64,000 bases of DNA. Origin: an uncultured Prevotellaceae bacterium. Its GTDB lineage: Bacteria > Bacteroidota > Bacteroidia > Bacteroidales > Muribaculaceae. This document shows, piece after piece, positions 1 through 9,513 of the stretch; the stretch's first letter is position 1, and every line of letters begins with the position of its first letter. The stretch is taken from contig ONRP01000008.1 of NCBI GenBank assembly GCA_900320245.1, positions 25,254-89,253 on the forward strand, read 5' to 3'. A program made the position numbers and the translations under genes. The notes beneath the pieces were generated by a model. The model was not told the DNA's origin, made no database searches, and saw only the letters and a program-made list of their open reading frames with translations.

Positions 1-710
1 ACCCTGCCCTGCTGCGTGTGCCCGGTGCCGGTGTGCGTCCCTATCAAGGCGACGTCTATACCGCTTCACAGGGTTTCATCACACTCGAAATCGGCATCCA
101 TGGCATCGACGTGACCATGCCGCAGAGCGTCTATGACAACCTGGCTAATGGTGCGCTCAACTGCTATTGGGAATTTGGCATGGACGACCGTGACAAGAGC
201 TATTACAAGCGTGTCATCGTGGGTTGCGTGCGTGCCATCGACTACATTGAACAATACACCGACTGGGACGGCAAGAACCTGGGCGTGACGGGCAGTAGCC
301 AAGGCGGTTTCCTGTCGCTGGCAACAGCCGGACTCGACAAGCGCGTGAGCTGCTACGGTGCAGTGCACTCGGCCCTGTGCGACCACACGGCTTCGCTCCA
401 GGGCGTGGCTTGCGGTTGGCCCCATTATTTTTACTGGATGTCGCCCGAGCAACGCAGAGCCAGTCAGGACAAGATTGAGACCTCGCGTTATTACGATGGC
501 GTGAACTTCGCCCGCCGCATCACCTGCCCGGGTTGGTTCTCGTTTGGATACAACGACGACGTGGTGCCTCCCACGACCGCCTATGCGACCTACAACGTGG
601 TAACTGCCCCCAAGAAGTTGAGTGTCTATCAGCAGACGGCCCACTTCTGGTACCAGGAACAATGGGACGAATGGCTACAGTGGCTCATGGACCAATTGAG
701 GAGCAAGTAA
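1..710 (+). CDS. acetyl esterase, acetylxylan-esterase-like serine hydrolase (CE7-like); 5' end lies outside the window
   Basis: The frame is open from nt 3, upstream of the listed GTG at 18. It has a GSSQGG nucleophile elbow and a conserved C-terminal region ending in a His. It is the first gene of a same-strand glycan operon. Confidence 0.7.
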   Translation, partial: PALLRVPGAGVRPYQGDVYTASQGFITLEIGIHGIDVTMPQSVYDNLANGALNCYWEFGMDDRDKSYYKRVIVGCVRAIDYIEQYTDWDGKNLGVTGSSQGGFLSLATAGLDKRVSCYGAVHSALCDHTASLQGVACGWPHYFYWMSPEQRRASQDKIETSRYYDGVNFARRITCPGWFSFGYNDDVVPPTTAYATYNVVTAPKKLSVYQQTAHFWYQEQWDEWLQWLMDQLRSK

Positions 711-803
711 AAGCAACTGACAAAGAAATCTAAACATTTGAGCCTCCAGGAATGTTAGAATATCCTGCTAACTAAAAGACAACAATATAACTACTACAAT
801 ATA

Positions 804-1979
804 ATGAGTGAATTCAAGAATAAAATAAACGCTTTACGCAAGCATCACGAGGAGTTACTGAACCGCAAGAATGAACCCCTCGCTTGGGGCAACGGCATCT
901 ACGAGAAATACAAGAATCCCATCATCACCGCCGAGCATACTCCGCTGGAGTGGCGCTATGACTTCAACGAGCAGGACAACCCCTACTTGATGCAACGCAT
1001 CATGATGAACGCGACGCTCAATGCAGGCGCCATCAAGTGGCAGGGCAAATATGTTGTTGTTGTGAGGGTTGAAGGCGCCGACCGCAAGTCGTTCTTCGCT
1101 GTGGCCGAGAGTCCAAACGGTGTGGACAACTTCAGGTTCTGGCCCGAGCCCATCACGATGCCCGATGATGTGGTTCCCGCCACCAACATCTATGACATGC
1201 GCCTCACGGCTCATGAAGACGGCTGGATCTACGGCGTCTTTTGCGCAGAACGTCATGATGACACTTGCCCGGGCGACATGAGCGCTGCCACGGCTACTGC
1301 CGCCATTGCCCGCACCCGTGACCTCAAGACCTGGGAGCGCCTGCCCGACCTCAAGAGCAAGAGCCAGCAGCGCAACGTGGCGCTTCACCCCGAGTTTGTA
1401 AACGGCAAGTATGCCCTCTATACCCGTCCCCAAGACGGCTTCATCGACGCAGGCAGCGGCGGTGGCATCGGCTGGGCACTGGTGGATGATATCACCCATG
1501 CCGAAATCGTTGATGAGAAAATCATCAACGCGCGCCACTATCACACCATCATGGAAGTGAAAAACGGTGAGGGTCCCCACCCCATCAAGACGCCACAAGG
1601 CTGGCTGCATCTTGCCCACGGCGTGCGCGGCTGCGCCTCGGGACTGCGCTATGTATTATATATGTACATGACAGCACTCGACGATCCCACGCGCGTTATC
1701 GCACAGCCTGGCGGCTATTTCCTCGTTCCCGAGGGTGACGAGTATATCGGTGACGTGATGAATGTGGCCTTCTCTAACGGCTGGATTGCCGATGAGGACG
1801 GACGCGTCTTCATCTACTACGCCTCGAGCGACACCCGCCTGCATGTAGCCACCTCGACCATCGACCGCCTAGTGGACTACTGCATGAACACGCCGCAAGA
1901 CGGCCTGACCACCACGGCCAGCGTGGAGACCATCAAGCGACTCATTGAGAAGAACCGAACAACCAATAAAGAATCATAA
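804..1979 (+). CDS. GH130 4-O-beta-D-mannosyl-D-glucose phosphorylase-like
   Basis: 391 aa. The N-terminal region and overall length are typical of GH130 mannoside phosphorylases. It sits next to a symporter and an epimerase, as in the Bacteroides fragilis mannan pathway. Confidence 0.85.
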   Translation: MSEFKNKINALRKHHEELLNRKNEPLAWGNGIYEKYKNPIITAEHTPLEWRYDFNEQDNPYLMQRIMMNATLNAGAIKWQGKYVVVVRVEGADRKSFFAVAESPNGVDNFRFWPEPITMPDDVVPATNIYDMRLTAHEDGWIYGVFCAERHDDTCPGDMSAATATAAIARTRDLKTWERLPDLKSKSQQRNVALHPEFVNGKYALYTRPQDGFIDAGSGGGIGWALVDDITHAEIVDEKIINARHYHTIMEVKNGEGPHPIKTPQGWLHLAHGVRGCASGLRYVLYMYMTALDDPTRVIAQPGGYFLVPEGDEYIGDVMNVAFSNGWIADEDGRVFIYYASSDTRLHVATSTIDRLVDYCMNTPQDGLTTTASVETIKRLIEKNRTTNKES

Positions 1980-2004
1980 ACGAGGGGCGGTAAATATTTC
2001 CCAA

Positions 2005-2030
2005 CTCCTAACTTCTAACTCCTAACTAAC
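2005..2030. repeat. tandem heptamer array CTCCTAA/CTTCTAA (about 3.5 units)
   Basis: Read directly between the GH130 stop and the symporter start. The 28-nt block cccaactcctaacttctaactcctaact is identical to 60873-60900. Confidence 0.9.
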
Positions 2031-2034
2031 AGAA

Positions 2035-3378
2035 ATGGCAAGTTTAAAAGAAAAAATCGGCTACGCCCTTGGTGATGCGGCTGCCGGTGGCATTACCTGG
2101 AAAGTCATGTCAATCGCTTTCCCGTTGTTTTTCACCAACGTCTTTGGCCTCACGGTTGCCGACACGGCAACGCTGATGCTCATCGCCCGCATGTTTGACG
2201 TCGTCACCGACCCCTTGATGGGCAGTCTGGCCGACCGCACACAGTCGCGCTGGGGTACCTATCGTCCCTGGCTCATCTTCGGCGCCATCCCCTTGGGCCT
2301 CATCTTCGCATTGTTGCTTTACACACCCGACTTCGGTCCCGTGGGCAAGCGCATCTATGCCTACACGCTCTATCTGCTCATGATGGCCGTTTACACTGCC
2401 GTCAACGTGCCATACGGCTCGCTGCTGGGCGTGATGACCGATGATGACAACGAGAAGAACCAGTTCTCGTCGTTCCGCATGGTAGGCGCCTATGCCATGG
2501 GCTTTATCACCCTGCTCTCGTTCCCCTATCTGCAGAAGATGGTAGGCGGCACCGAGGCACATCAATATGCCGTGCTGGGCGCTGGCCTTGGCTTCGTGGC
2601 CACTATCATGACGCTGGCCTGCGGTCTGCTGACCAAAGAGCGTCTGAAACCCATTCGTGCCGAGAAGTTCTCTTTCAAGCCTTTTGCCGACCTGTTCAAG
2701 AACAAGCCCTGGATTTACCTGACGCTCATCGGCATCTGCACCAACTTCTTCAACGGCTTCCGCTATGCCGTGGCCGGTTACCTGATGGAATACTGCCTGC
2801 ACGGTGACGTGACCGTGAGCGGCCTGATCATCAACTACACGGTATTCATGACCTTTGGCGAGGTGACCTGCATGATCTTTGGCGGTCTGTCGCCCAAGTT
2901 CACCCAGTGGATGGGCTCAAAGCGCAAAGCCTTTGCCGTTGCAGCCATCATCTGCATGGTGACCTCTATCGCCTTCTTCTTTGTGCCGATGGATCCCAAG
3001 TACATTTGGGTATTGGTGGGCATCGTTATCCTCACTTCGGTTGGCGTGGGCCTCTATTCCCCGCTGCTGTGGTCGATGTATGCCGACGTCGCCGACTATG
3101 CCACCGAGAAGAACGGCACCTCGTCGACGGGCCTCATCTTCTCGTCGGGAACGATGGCACAGAAGTTTGGCACGGCCATCTCGGGTTCGCTGGTTGCCCT
3201 GCTGTTGGGCATCGCCGGCTTCATGTCGGGTACAGACCCTGCCACGGGCCAGACGGTGGTAACCATCAGCGACGAGGAATCTGTTCGCAACATGGTGTGG
3301 GCACTGTTCTCGCTCTTCCCTGCTGCAATTATTATCATCATGCTATACCTGCTCCATCTGTATCCCATCAAGAAATAA
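2035..3378 (+). CDS. glycoside-pentoside-hexuronide (GPH) family sugar:cation symporter
   Basis: 447 aa, about 12 TM segments. It has a GPH-type N-terminus (KIGYALGD...) and a sugar-operon context. Confidence 0.85.
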   Translation: MASLKEKIGYALGDAAAGGITWKVMSIAFPLFFTNVFGLTVADTATLMLIARMFDVVTDPLMGSLADRTQSRWGTYRPWLIFGAIPLGLIFALLLYTPDFGPVGKRIYAYTLYLLMMAVYTAVNVPYGSLLGVMTDDDNEKNQFSSFRMVGAYAMGFITLLSFPYLQKMVGGTEAHQYAVLGAGLGFVATIMTLACGLLTKERLKPIRAEKFSFKPFADLFKNKPWIYLTLIGICTNFFNGFRYAVAGYLMEYCLHGDVTVSGLIINYTVFMTFGEVTCMIFGGLSPKFTQWMGSKRKAFAVAAIICMVTSIAFFFVPMDPKYIWVLVGIVILTSVGVGLYSPLLWSMYADVADYATEKNGTSSTGLIFSSGTMAQKFGTAISGSLVALLLGIAGFMSGTDPATGQTVVTISDEESVRNMVWALFSLFPAAIIIIMLYLLHLYPIKK

Positions 3379-3379
3379 G

Positions 3380-4615
3380 ATGAACAACGATATCAAGACG
3401 CTGAAAGCCGAGGTTCAGGATGTGCTGGAAAACAACATCCTGAACTTTTGGCTGTCCAATATGATAGACGACGAGCACGGCGGTTTCTACGGCCAGATGA
3501 CCGGTGAGGGACATCTCGTCAAAGACGCCGACAAAGGCGGCATCCTCTCGGCCCGCATCCTGTGGGCCTTCTCGGCTGCCTACCGCGTGCTGGGCGATCC
3601 TGAGTACCTGATGGCGGCAACACTCATCAAGGACTACATTATTGAGTATTTCTACGACAATGAGTTCGGTGGCACCTACTGGTCGGTGGACTATCTGGGC
3701 AATCCCAAAGATACCAAGAAGCAGTTCTACGCCATCGGGTTCATGATCTACGGCCTGAGCGAATATGCCCGAGCTACCGGCGACCAGCAGGCGCTGGATT
3801 ATGCCATCAAGTTGTTTGACTGCATCGAGCAACATTCGTTAGACAAGGTGAACAACGGCTATATCGAGGCTCAAACACGCCAGTGGAACGAGATTGCCGA
3901 CATGCGCCTGTCGGAACTCGACGCCAACTTCCCCAAGTCGCAGAACACCCATCTTCACATCATCGAGCCCTACACCAACCTGTACCGCTGCCTCACGGAA
4001 TGCGAGGTCTGCCCAGTCTCTAGTGACGTTGTGGAGCGTGTGGAGAAAGCCCTGTGCAACCTCATCGATATTTTCACCGACAAGATTCTGAATCCCGAGA
4101 CGCATCATCTGGACCTGTTCTTTGCCATGGACTGGACCCGCGAGGCTGGTGCTCTCGAGAGTTACGGACACGACATCGAGTGCTCATGGCTCATGCACGA
4201 GGCGGCACTGGTGCTGGGCGACCAGGCCGTGCTTGACAAAGTGGAACCTATCGTGAAACTCGTGGCAAAAGCCAGCGAAAAAGGCTTGAATGCCGACGGG
4301 TCGATGGTACACGAGGCCAATCTTGACACCGGCTATGTCGATGACGACCGCCACTGGTGGGTACAGGCCGAGACTGTGGTAGGGTTTATTAACCTGTACC
4401 AGCACTTCGGCGACGAGAGCGCACTGCAAAAGGCGCTGCATTGCTGGCAATACATCAAGGACAACCTCATCGACCGCGAAGGCGGCGAGTGGTTCTGGAG
4501 TCGCGATGCCCAGGGCAACATCAACCGCCGCGACGACAAGGCGGGCTTCTGGAAATGCCCTTATCACAACTCGCGCATGTGTCTTGAAATCATGGAACGA
4601 AATTTCGAACAATAA
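3380..4615 (+). CDS. N-acylglucosamine 2-epimerase family protein, cellobiose/mannobiose 2-epimerase-like
   Basis: 411 aa with AGE-superfamily (alpha/alpha)6 barrel motifs. The start is 1 nt after the symporter stop. The gene order matches the GH130 pathway. Confidence 0.8.
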   Translation: MNNDIKTLKAEVQDVLENNILNFWLSNMIDDEHGGFYGQMTGEGHLVKDADKGGILSARILWAFSAAYRVLGDPEYLMAATLIKDYIIEYFYDNEFGGTYWSVDYLGNPKDTKKQFYAIGFMIYGLSEYARATGDQQALDYAIKLFDCIEQHSLDKVNNGYIEAQTRQWNEIADMRLSELDANFPKSQNTHLHIIEPYTNLYRCLTECEVCPVSSDVVERVEKALCNLIDIFTDKILNPETHHLDLFFAMDWTREAGALESYGHDIECSWLMHEAALVLGDQAVLDKVEPIVKLVAKASEKGLNADGSMVHEANLDTGYVDDDRHWWVQAETVVGFINLYQHFGDESALQKALHCWQYIKDNLIDREGGEWFWSRDAQGNINRRDDKAGFWKCPYHNSRMCLEIMERNFEQ

Positions 4616-4624
4616 TCATAAGAT

Positions 4625-7108
4625 ATGGAAAACAAAAGATACGGTCACTTTGACGACCAACACCGCGAATATGTCATCACCGACCCGCAGACGCCGTGGC
4701 CCTGGATCAACTACCTGGGCAACGAGGATTTCTTCTCACTGATTTCCAACACGGCTGGCGGCTACTCTTTCTACAAGGATGCCAAGTTCCGCCGCTTGAC
4801 GCGCTACCGCTACAATGGCGTGCCTATGGACAACGGCGGCCGCTACTTCTACATCAACGATGGCGGCACCGTGTGGAATCCGGGATGGAAGCCCTGCAAG
4901 ACGCCGCTCGACAACTATGAGTGTCGTCATGGCATGAACTACACCCGCATCACGGGCAGCAAGAACGGTGTCGAGGCATCGGTGCTGTTCTTTGTGCCCC
5001 TGCACACATGGGGCGAGGTGCAGAAGCTCACGCTCACCAACAACAGCAATGAGGTGAAGCTCCTCAAGTTGTTCTCCTTTGCCGAATGGTGCCTGTGGAA
5101 TGCAGCGACCGACATGGAGAACTTCCAGCGCAACTTCTCGACCGGTGAGGTCGAAATCGAGGACTCGGTCATCTACCACAAGACCGAATACCGCGAGCGC
5201 CGCAATCACTACGCCTTCTACGGTGTGAATGTTCCTATCCAAGGCTTCGACACCGACCGAGAGACATTCGTCGGCCTCTTTAATGAGTTTGCCAATCCTG
5301 ATGCCGTGATCGAGGGACGTCCGCGCAACAGCCATGCCCACGGTTGGAGCCCCATCGCTTCGCACTACATCGAGGTGGAACTGCAGCCCAGCGAAAGCCG
5401 TGACTTTATCTTCCTGTTGGGCTATGTCGAGAACAAGCAAGAGGAGAAATTCATCGCTCCGCAGGTCATCAACAAGACGCAGGCTAAGGCTATGATGGCA
5501 CGCTTCGACACCAGCGAAAAGGTGGATGCTGCTTTTGCCGAACTGTGCAACTATTGGGACAACCTGCTCAACATCTACACGGCACGCACCGGGAACGATA
5601 AACTCGACCGCATGGTCAATATTTGGAACCAATATCAGTGCATGGTCACCTTCTGCATGTCACGCTCGGCCTCTTTCTTCGAGAGCGGCATCGGACGCGG
5701 CATGGGATTCCGCGACAGCAACCAGGACCTCGTGGGCTTTGTACACCTCATCCCCGAGCGTGCCCGTGAGCGCATCATCGACATCGCTTCGACGCAGTTC
5801 CCCGACGGCGGCTGCTATCATCAGTATCAGCCATTGACCAAACGCGGCAACAACGACATCGGCGGCGGCTTCAATGATGACCCCTGCTGGCTCATCTTCG
5901 GCACCGTGGCCTATATCAAAGAGACGGGTGACTTCTCGATTCTCGACGAGATGGTTCCGTTTGACAACCAACCGGGCACCGAGGTCACGCTGTTTGAGCA
6001 CCTGCAAGTGTCATTCAACCACGTGGTCAATAACCTGGGACCGCACAGCCTGCCCCTCATCGGCCGCGCCGACTGGAACGACTGCCTGAATCTGAACTGC
6101 TTCTCCTGGGACCCCAACGAGAGTTTCCAGACCACTGAGAACAAGACCGAGGGCTCACAAGCCGAGTCACTGATGATTGCCGGTCTGTTTGTCGTGACAG
6201 GCAAAGACTACGTCGAACTCTGCAGGATTCTGCCTGACCACATCAAGACCATGCAAAATCTCAAAGCCATCGATTTTGCCGCCGAGGCCGACCGTGCCCA
6301 GCGGCATGTCGACGAGATGGTCAATGCCGTCAAGGCCCATGGCTGGGACGGTGAGTGGTATCTGCGTGCCTATGACTTCTATGGCAACAAAATCGGCAGC
6401 GACGAGTGCGAGGAAGGCAAAATCTTCATCGAGTCACAGGGCTGGTGCACCATGGCGGGCATCGGTCTGGAAGAAGGACTCGTGGAGCGTGCGCTCGACT
6501 CGGTAAAGGAACGCCTGGAATGCGAACACGGCATCGTGCTCAACAATCCTGCCTTCACCACCTATCATGTCGAGATGGGCGAAATCAGTTCCTATCCCGA
6601 AGGCTACAAGGAGAATGCGGGCATCTTCTGTCACAACAATCCTTGGGTCATCATCGGCGAGACCGTGGCTGCCCGTGGCGATGACGCCTGGAGCCACTAC
6701 AAGAAGATTCTGCCCAGTTACGTCGAGGAGGACCGCCAGACGCTGCACAAGGTCGAGCCCTATGTCAACTGCCAGATGGTGGCAGGCAAGGACGCCTATC
6801 GTCCCGGTGAGGGCAAGAACTCATGGCTCACTGGCACCGCAGCGTGGATGTGGTACACCGTGTCGGAATTCATCCTCGGCATCAAGCCGCACTATGATGG
6901 TCTGCTCATCGATCCGTGTCTGCCCAAGACAGCGCACAACTACACGGTGACCAGGCGCTTCCGTGGCGCGGAATATGAAATCCATGTGAGCAACCCCAAG
7001 GGCGTGAGCAAGGGCGTTGCCACGATGACTGTTGACGGAATGCCGGTCGAGGGTGCTGTCGTGCCCGCACAACCCGGCAAGCACATTGTCGAGGTCGTCA
7101 TGGGTTAA
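4625..7108 (+). CDS. GH94 cellobiose/cellodextrin phosphorylase-like
   Basis: 827 aa. The N-terminus [26 protein letters not shown] and its length are typical of GH94. Confidence 0.85.
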   Translation: MENKRYGHFDDQHREYVITDPQTPWPWINYLGNEDFFSLISNTAGGYSFYKDAKFRRLTRYRYNGVPMDNGGRYFYINDGGTVWNPGWKPCKTPLDNYECRHGMNYTRITGSKNGVEASVLFFVPLHTWGEVQKLTLTNNSNEVKLLKLFSFAEWCLWNAATDMENFQRNFSTGEVEIEDSVIYHKTEYRERRNHYAFYGVNVPIQGFDTDRETFVGLFNEFANPDAVIEGRPRNSHAHGWSPIASHYIEVELQPSESRDFIFLLGYVENKQEEKFIAPQVINKTQAKAMMARFDTSEKVDAAFAELCNYWDNLLNIYTARTGNDKLDRMVNIWNQYQCMVTFCMSRSASFFESGIGRGMGFRDSNQDLVGFVHLIPERARERIIDIASTQFPDGGCYHQYQPLTKRGNNDIGGGFNDDPCWLIFGTVAYIKETGDFSILDEMVPFDNQPGTEVTLFEHLQVSFNHVVNNLGPHSLPLIGRADWNDCLNLNCFSWDPNESFQTTENKTEGSQAESLMIAGLFVVTGKDYVELCRILPDHIKTMQNLKAIDFAAEADRAQRHVDEMVNAVKAHGWDGEWYLRAYDFYGNKIGSDECEEGKIFIESQGWCTMAGIGLEEGLVERALDSVKERLECEHGIVLNNPAFTTYHVEMGEISSYPEGYKENAGIFCHNNPWVIIGETVAARGDDAWSHYKKILPSYVEEDRQTLHKVEPYVNCQMVAGKDAYRPGEGKNSWLTGTAAWMWYTVSEFILGIKPHYDGLLIDPCLPKTAHNYTVTRRFRGAEYEIHVSNPKGVSKGVATMTVDGMPVEGAVVPAQPGKHIVEVVMG

Positions 7109-7156
7109 TCTATTAATTGAATAGTTGAACAACATTAACCATAATATATCAAGACG

Positions 7157-9343
7157 ATGAAAAGATTCTCTCTTATCCTTGCAGCGATGATGTCCCTGGG
7201 TTGCGGCACGATGAGTGCTTGGCAGGGTGACGTTGCTGTGCAAACGCCCAACACCCAGTTGGTGCTTCACGCCTATGAGGGCGGCGACCTGCGCATGGGC
7301 TACTATGGCAACAACAGCGCCACAATGCAGCAACTGCGTGACGGTGGTGCCGACCTTAACTTCTCGGCATTGCCCGCATTCGGCACCGTGGACGCCATCC
7401 AACTGCCTGCTATCCAGGTGCAACATGCCGACGGCGACCTGAACCTTGAACTCAAGGTCACCGACTACCAGACGAGCAGCGACGACCGCTCGCAACTTCA
7501 CATTTTCACGATGACCGACAAACTGCTGCCCGTCACCGTGAAAGTGTTCTATAAAGCCTACCGCAACGTGGACGTGATTGAGACTTGGACCGAAATCTCT
7601 CACAAGGAGAAACGTGCCATCACGCTCAAGCGCTTCGATTCCGGCCACTTGACACTGCGCCAGGGCGACGTGTGGATCAGCCACCTGCACGGCAACTGGG
7701 CTGCCGAGACCGAGCCCACGACCGAACCGCTTACCCAAGGCCTGAAGACCATCCGCAATACCGACGGCGCCCGCAACTCGCACATGGACGCTCCCGAACT
7801 GATGATTTCGCTCGACGGTGAGCCGCAGGAGGCCACGGGCCGCGTCATTGCTGCCATCCTGTGCTGGAGCGGCAACTACGAACTGCGCATCAACACTACA
7901 GGCCATCGTCAGCACCAGTTCTACGCCGGTATCGACCCCATGTCGTCGGAATATGTTCTCGAGCCCAACGAACTCTTTGAGACGCCGCATCTGGCTCTTG
8001 CCTACTCCGAGGACGGCCTGGGAGGTGCCAGCCGCACCATCCATCGCTGGGCACGCACCGAGGGCATGTTCCACCGTGGCATGAAGACGGGCGACATCCT
8101 GCTCAACTCGTGGGAAGGCGTCGTGTTTGACATCAAGGAGGAAACCATGATCAACATGATGGACGACATCGCCAAGTTTGGCGGCGAACTGTTCGTCATG
8201 GACGATGGCTGGTTTGGCGACAAGTATCCCCGCAACAACGACTCCTCGTCACTGGGCGACTGGGTGGTTGACAAGCGCAAACTGCCCGGCGGCATCAGCA
8301 CGCTCACCCAGGCTGCCCGTCAGCGTGGCATCAAGTTCGGCATCTGGATTGAGCCCGAGATGTGTAACACCGTGAGTGAACTCTACGAGAAACACCCCGA
8401 CTGGATGCTGCAGACCAAGGGTCGCGAACTCAAACAAGGCCGTGGCGGCACACAGGTTGTGCTCGACCTTACCAACCCCAAGGTGCAGGACTTCATCTTC
8501 GGCATCGTGGACAACCTGATGACGCAGAATCCCGACATCGCTTATATCAAGTGGGACGCCAATGCCTCCATCCAGAACTACGGTTCGCTGTACTTGCCCA
8601 AGAACAAGCAGAACAATATCTCCATCCTGTGGCACCGCGGACTCATCAACGTGCTCAAGCGCATCCGCGCCAAGTACCCCGACCTGGTCATGCAAGACTG
8701 TGCCTCGGGTGGTGGCCGCGCTAACTATGGTCTGCTGCCCTACTTCGACGAGTTCTGGGTGAGCGACAACAACGATGCCCTGCAGCGCGTTTATATCCAG
8801 TACGGCACCTCCTACTTCTTCCCTGCCAACGCCATGGCACAGCACATCGGCGGCTCACCCTATTGGAACACGGGCGGCCGTGTCATCCCCATCAAGTTCC
8901 GCTGCGACGTCGCCATGAGCGGACGTCTGGGCATGGAGTTGCAACCGCGCCACATGAGCCAGGAGGAACACGACCAGTGCACCCAGGCGTTTGCCGACTA
9001 CAAGTTGCTGCGCCCCGTCGTGCAGACCGGCAACCTCTATCGTCTGATTTCACCCTACAACCGCAAGGGCGTCTCGTCCATCATGTTCAGCAACGACACC
9101 ATGGACCATGCCGTGTGGTTTGTCTATAAGGTTGACAACTATGTTGACCAGCCACTGCCACGCATCCAGCTTGCAGGTCTTGACCCCAATCGCAGTTACA
9201 CCATCACCGAGCGCAACATCAAGGTGGGCCAAAAGCCTTGCGAACTCAACGGCAAGACCTTCACCGGCCGCTTCCTGATGGACGTCGGTCTCGAGGTGCC
9301 CCTGGCCAGCGACTACGCCAGCCGCATCTTCGAGCTCAGATAA
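7157..9343 (+). CDS. GH36 alpha-galactosidase with signal peptide or lipobox
   Basis: 728 aa with DDGWFG and KWD motifs. The N-terminal signal ends in LGC. Confidence 0.85.
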   Translation: MKRFSLILAAMMSLGCGTMSAWQGDVAVQTPNTQLVLHAYEGGDLRMGYYGNNSATMQQLRDGGADLNFSALPAFGTVDAIQLPAIQVQHADGDLNLELKVTDYQTSSDDRSQLHIFTMTDKLLPVTVKVFYKAYRNVDVIETWTEISHKEKRAITLKRFDSGHLTLRQGDVWISHLHGNWAAETEPTTEPLTQGLKTIRNTDGARNSHMDAPELMISLDGEPQEATGRVIAAILCWSGNYELRINTTGHRQHQFYAGIDPMSSEYVLEPNELFETPHLALAYSEDGLGGASRTIHRWARTEGMFHRGMKTGDILLNSWEGVVFDIKEETMINMMDDIAKFGGELFVMDDGWFGDKYPRNNDSSSLGDWVVDKRKLPGGISTLTQAARQRGIKFGIWIEPEMCNTVSELYEKHPDWMLQTKGRELKQGRGGTQVVLDLTNPKVQDFIFGIVDNLMTQNPDIAYIKWDANASIQNYGSLYLPKNKQNNISILWHRGLINVLKRIRAKYPDLVMQDCASGGGRANYGLLPYFDEFWVSDNNDALQRVYIQYGTSYFFPANAMAQHIGGSPYWNTGGRVIPIKFRCDVAMSGRLGMELQPRHMSQEEHDQCTQAFADYKLLRPVVQTGNLYRLISPYNRKGVSSIMFSNDTMDHAVWFVYKVDNYVDQPLPRIQLAGLDPNRSYTITERNIKVGQKPCELNGKTFTGRFLMDVGLEVPLASDYASRIFELR

Positions 9344-9411
9344 TAGACGTTAGACTTTAGACGTTAGATGTTAGATGTTAGACGTTAGACTTTAGACGTT
9401 AGACGTTAGAC
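9344..9411. repeat. tandem heptamer array TTAGACG/TTAGACT/TTAGATG (about 10 units)
   Basis: Read directly. The array starts at the GH36 stop codon and fills the gap to the GH26 gene. Confidence 0.95.
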
Positions 9412-9513
9412 AAAAGAATTACCTAAATGATAACAATAACAATGAAAATGACGAACGAAACAAGGCAAAGCCAAGCTTGCTTGAGCTATGCCTTGCAAGG
9501 AGGAATTATTCAA

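Noticed and set aside
6821-8074. Other long antisense or off-frame ORFs. Examples: 6821-8074, 20608-21918, 33163-34119, 34829-35704, 39054-39866, 42660-43571, 46407-47177, 17604-18257 and 18885-19691.
   Set aside because: Each lies entirely within a confidently assigned gene on the other strand or in another frame. Each has low-complexity, Arg/Gly/His-rich composition and no start context. They are shadow ORFs typical of GC-rich coding DNA.
9344-9411. The possibility that the short tandem arrays are CRISPR arrays.
   Set aside because: Units of 7-14 nt are contiguous with no spacers, are far shorter than CRISPR repeats, and no cas genes are present.
9427-9513. N-terminal extensions of listed ORFs. 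They are 9427 for GH26, 53873 for MBOAT, 37028 for the transporter, 48043 for LOG, 50624 for rnpA, 26791 for HAD, 53734 for DUF4836 and 60318 for YitT.
   Set aside because: The extensions precede clear signal peptides or conserved N-termini, overlap -7 boxes or repeats, and have no homology-like features. Internal Met starts were used instead.
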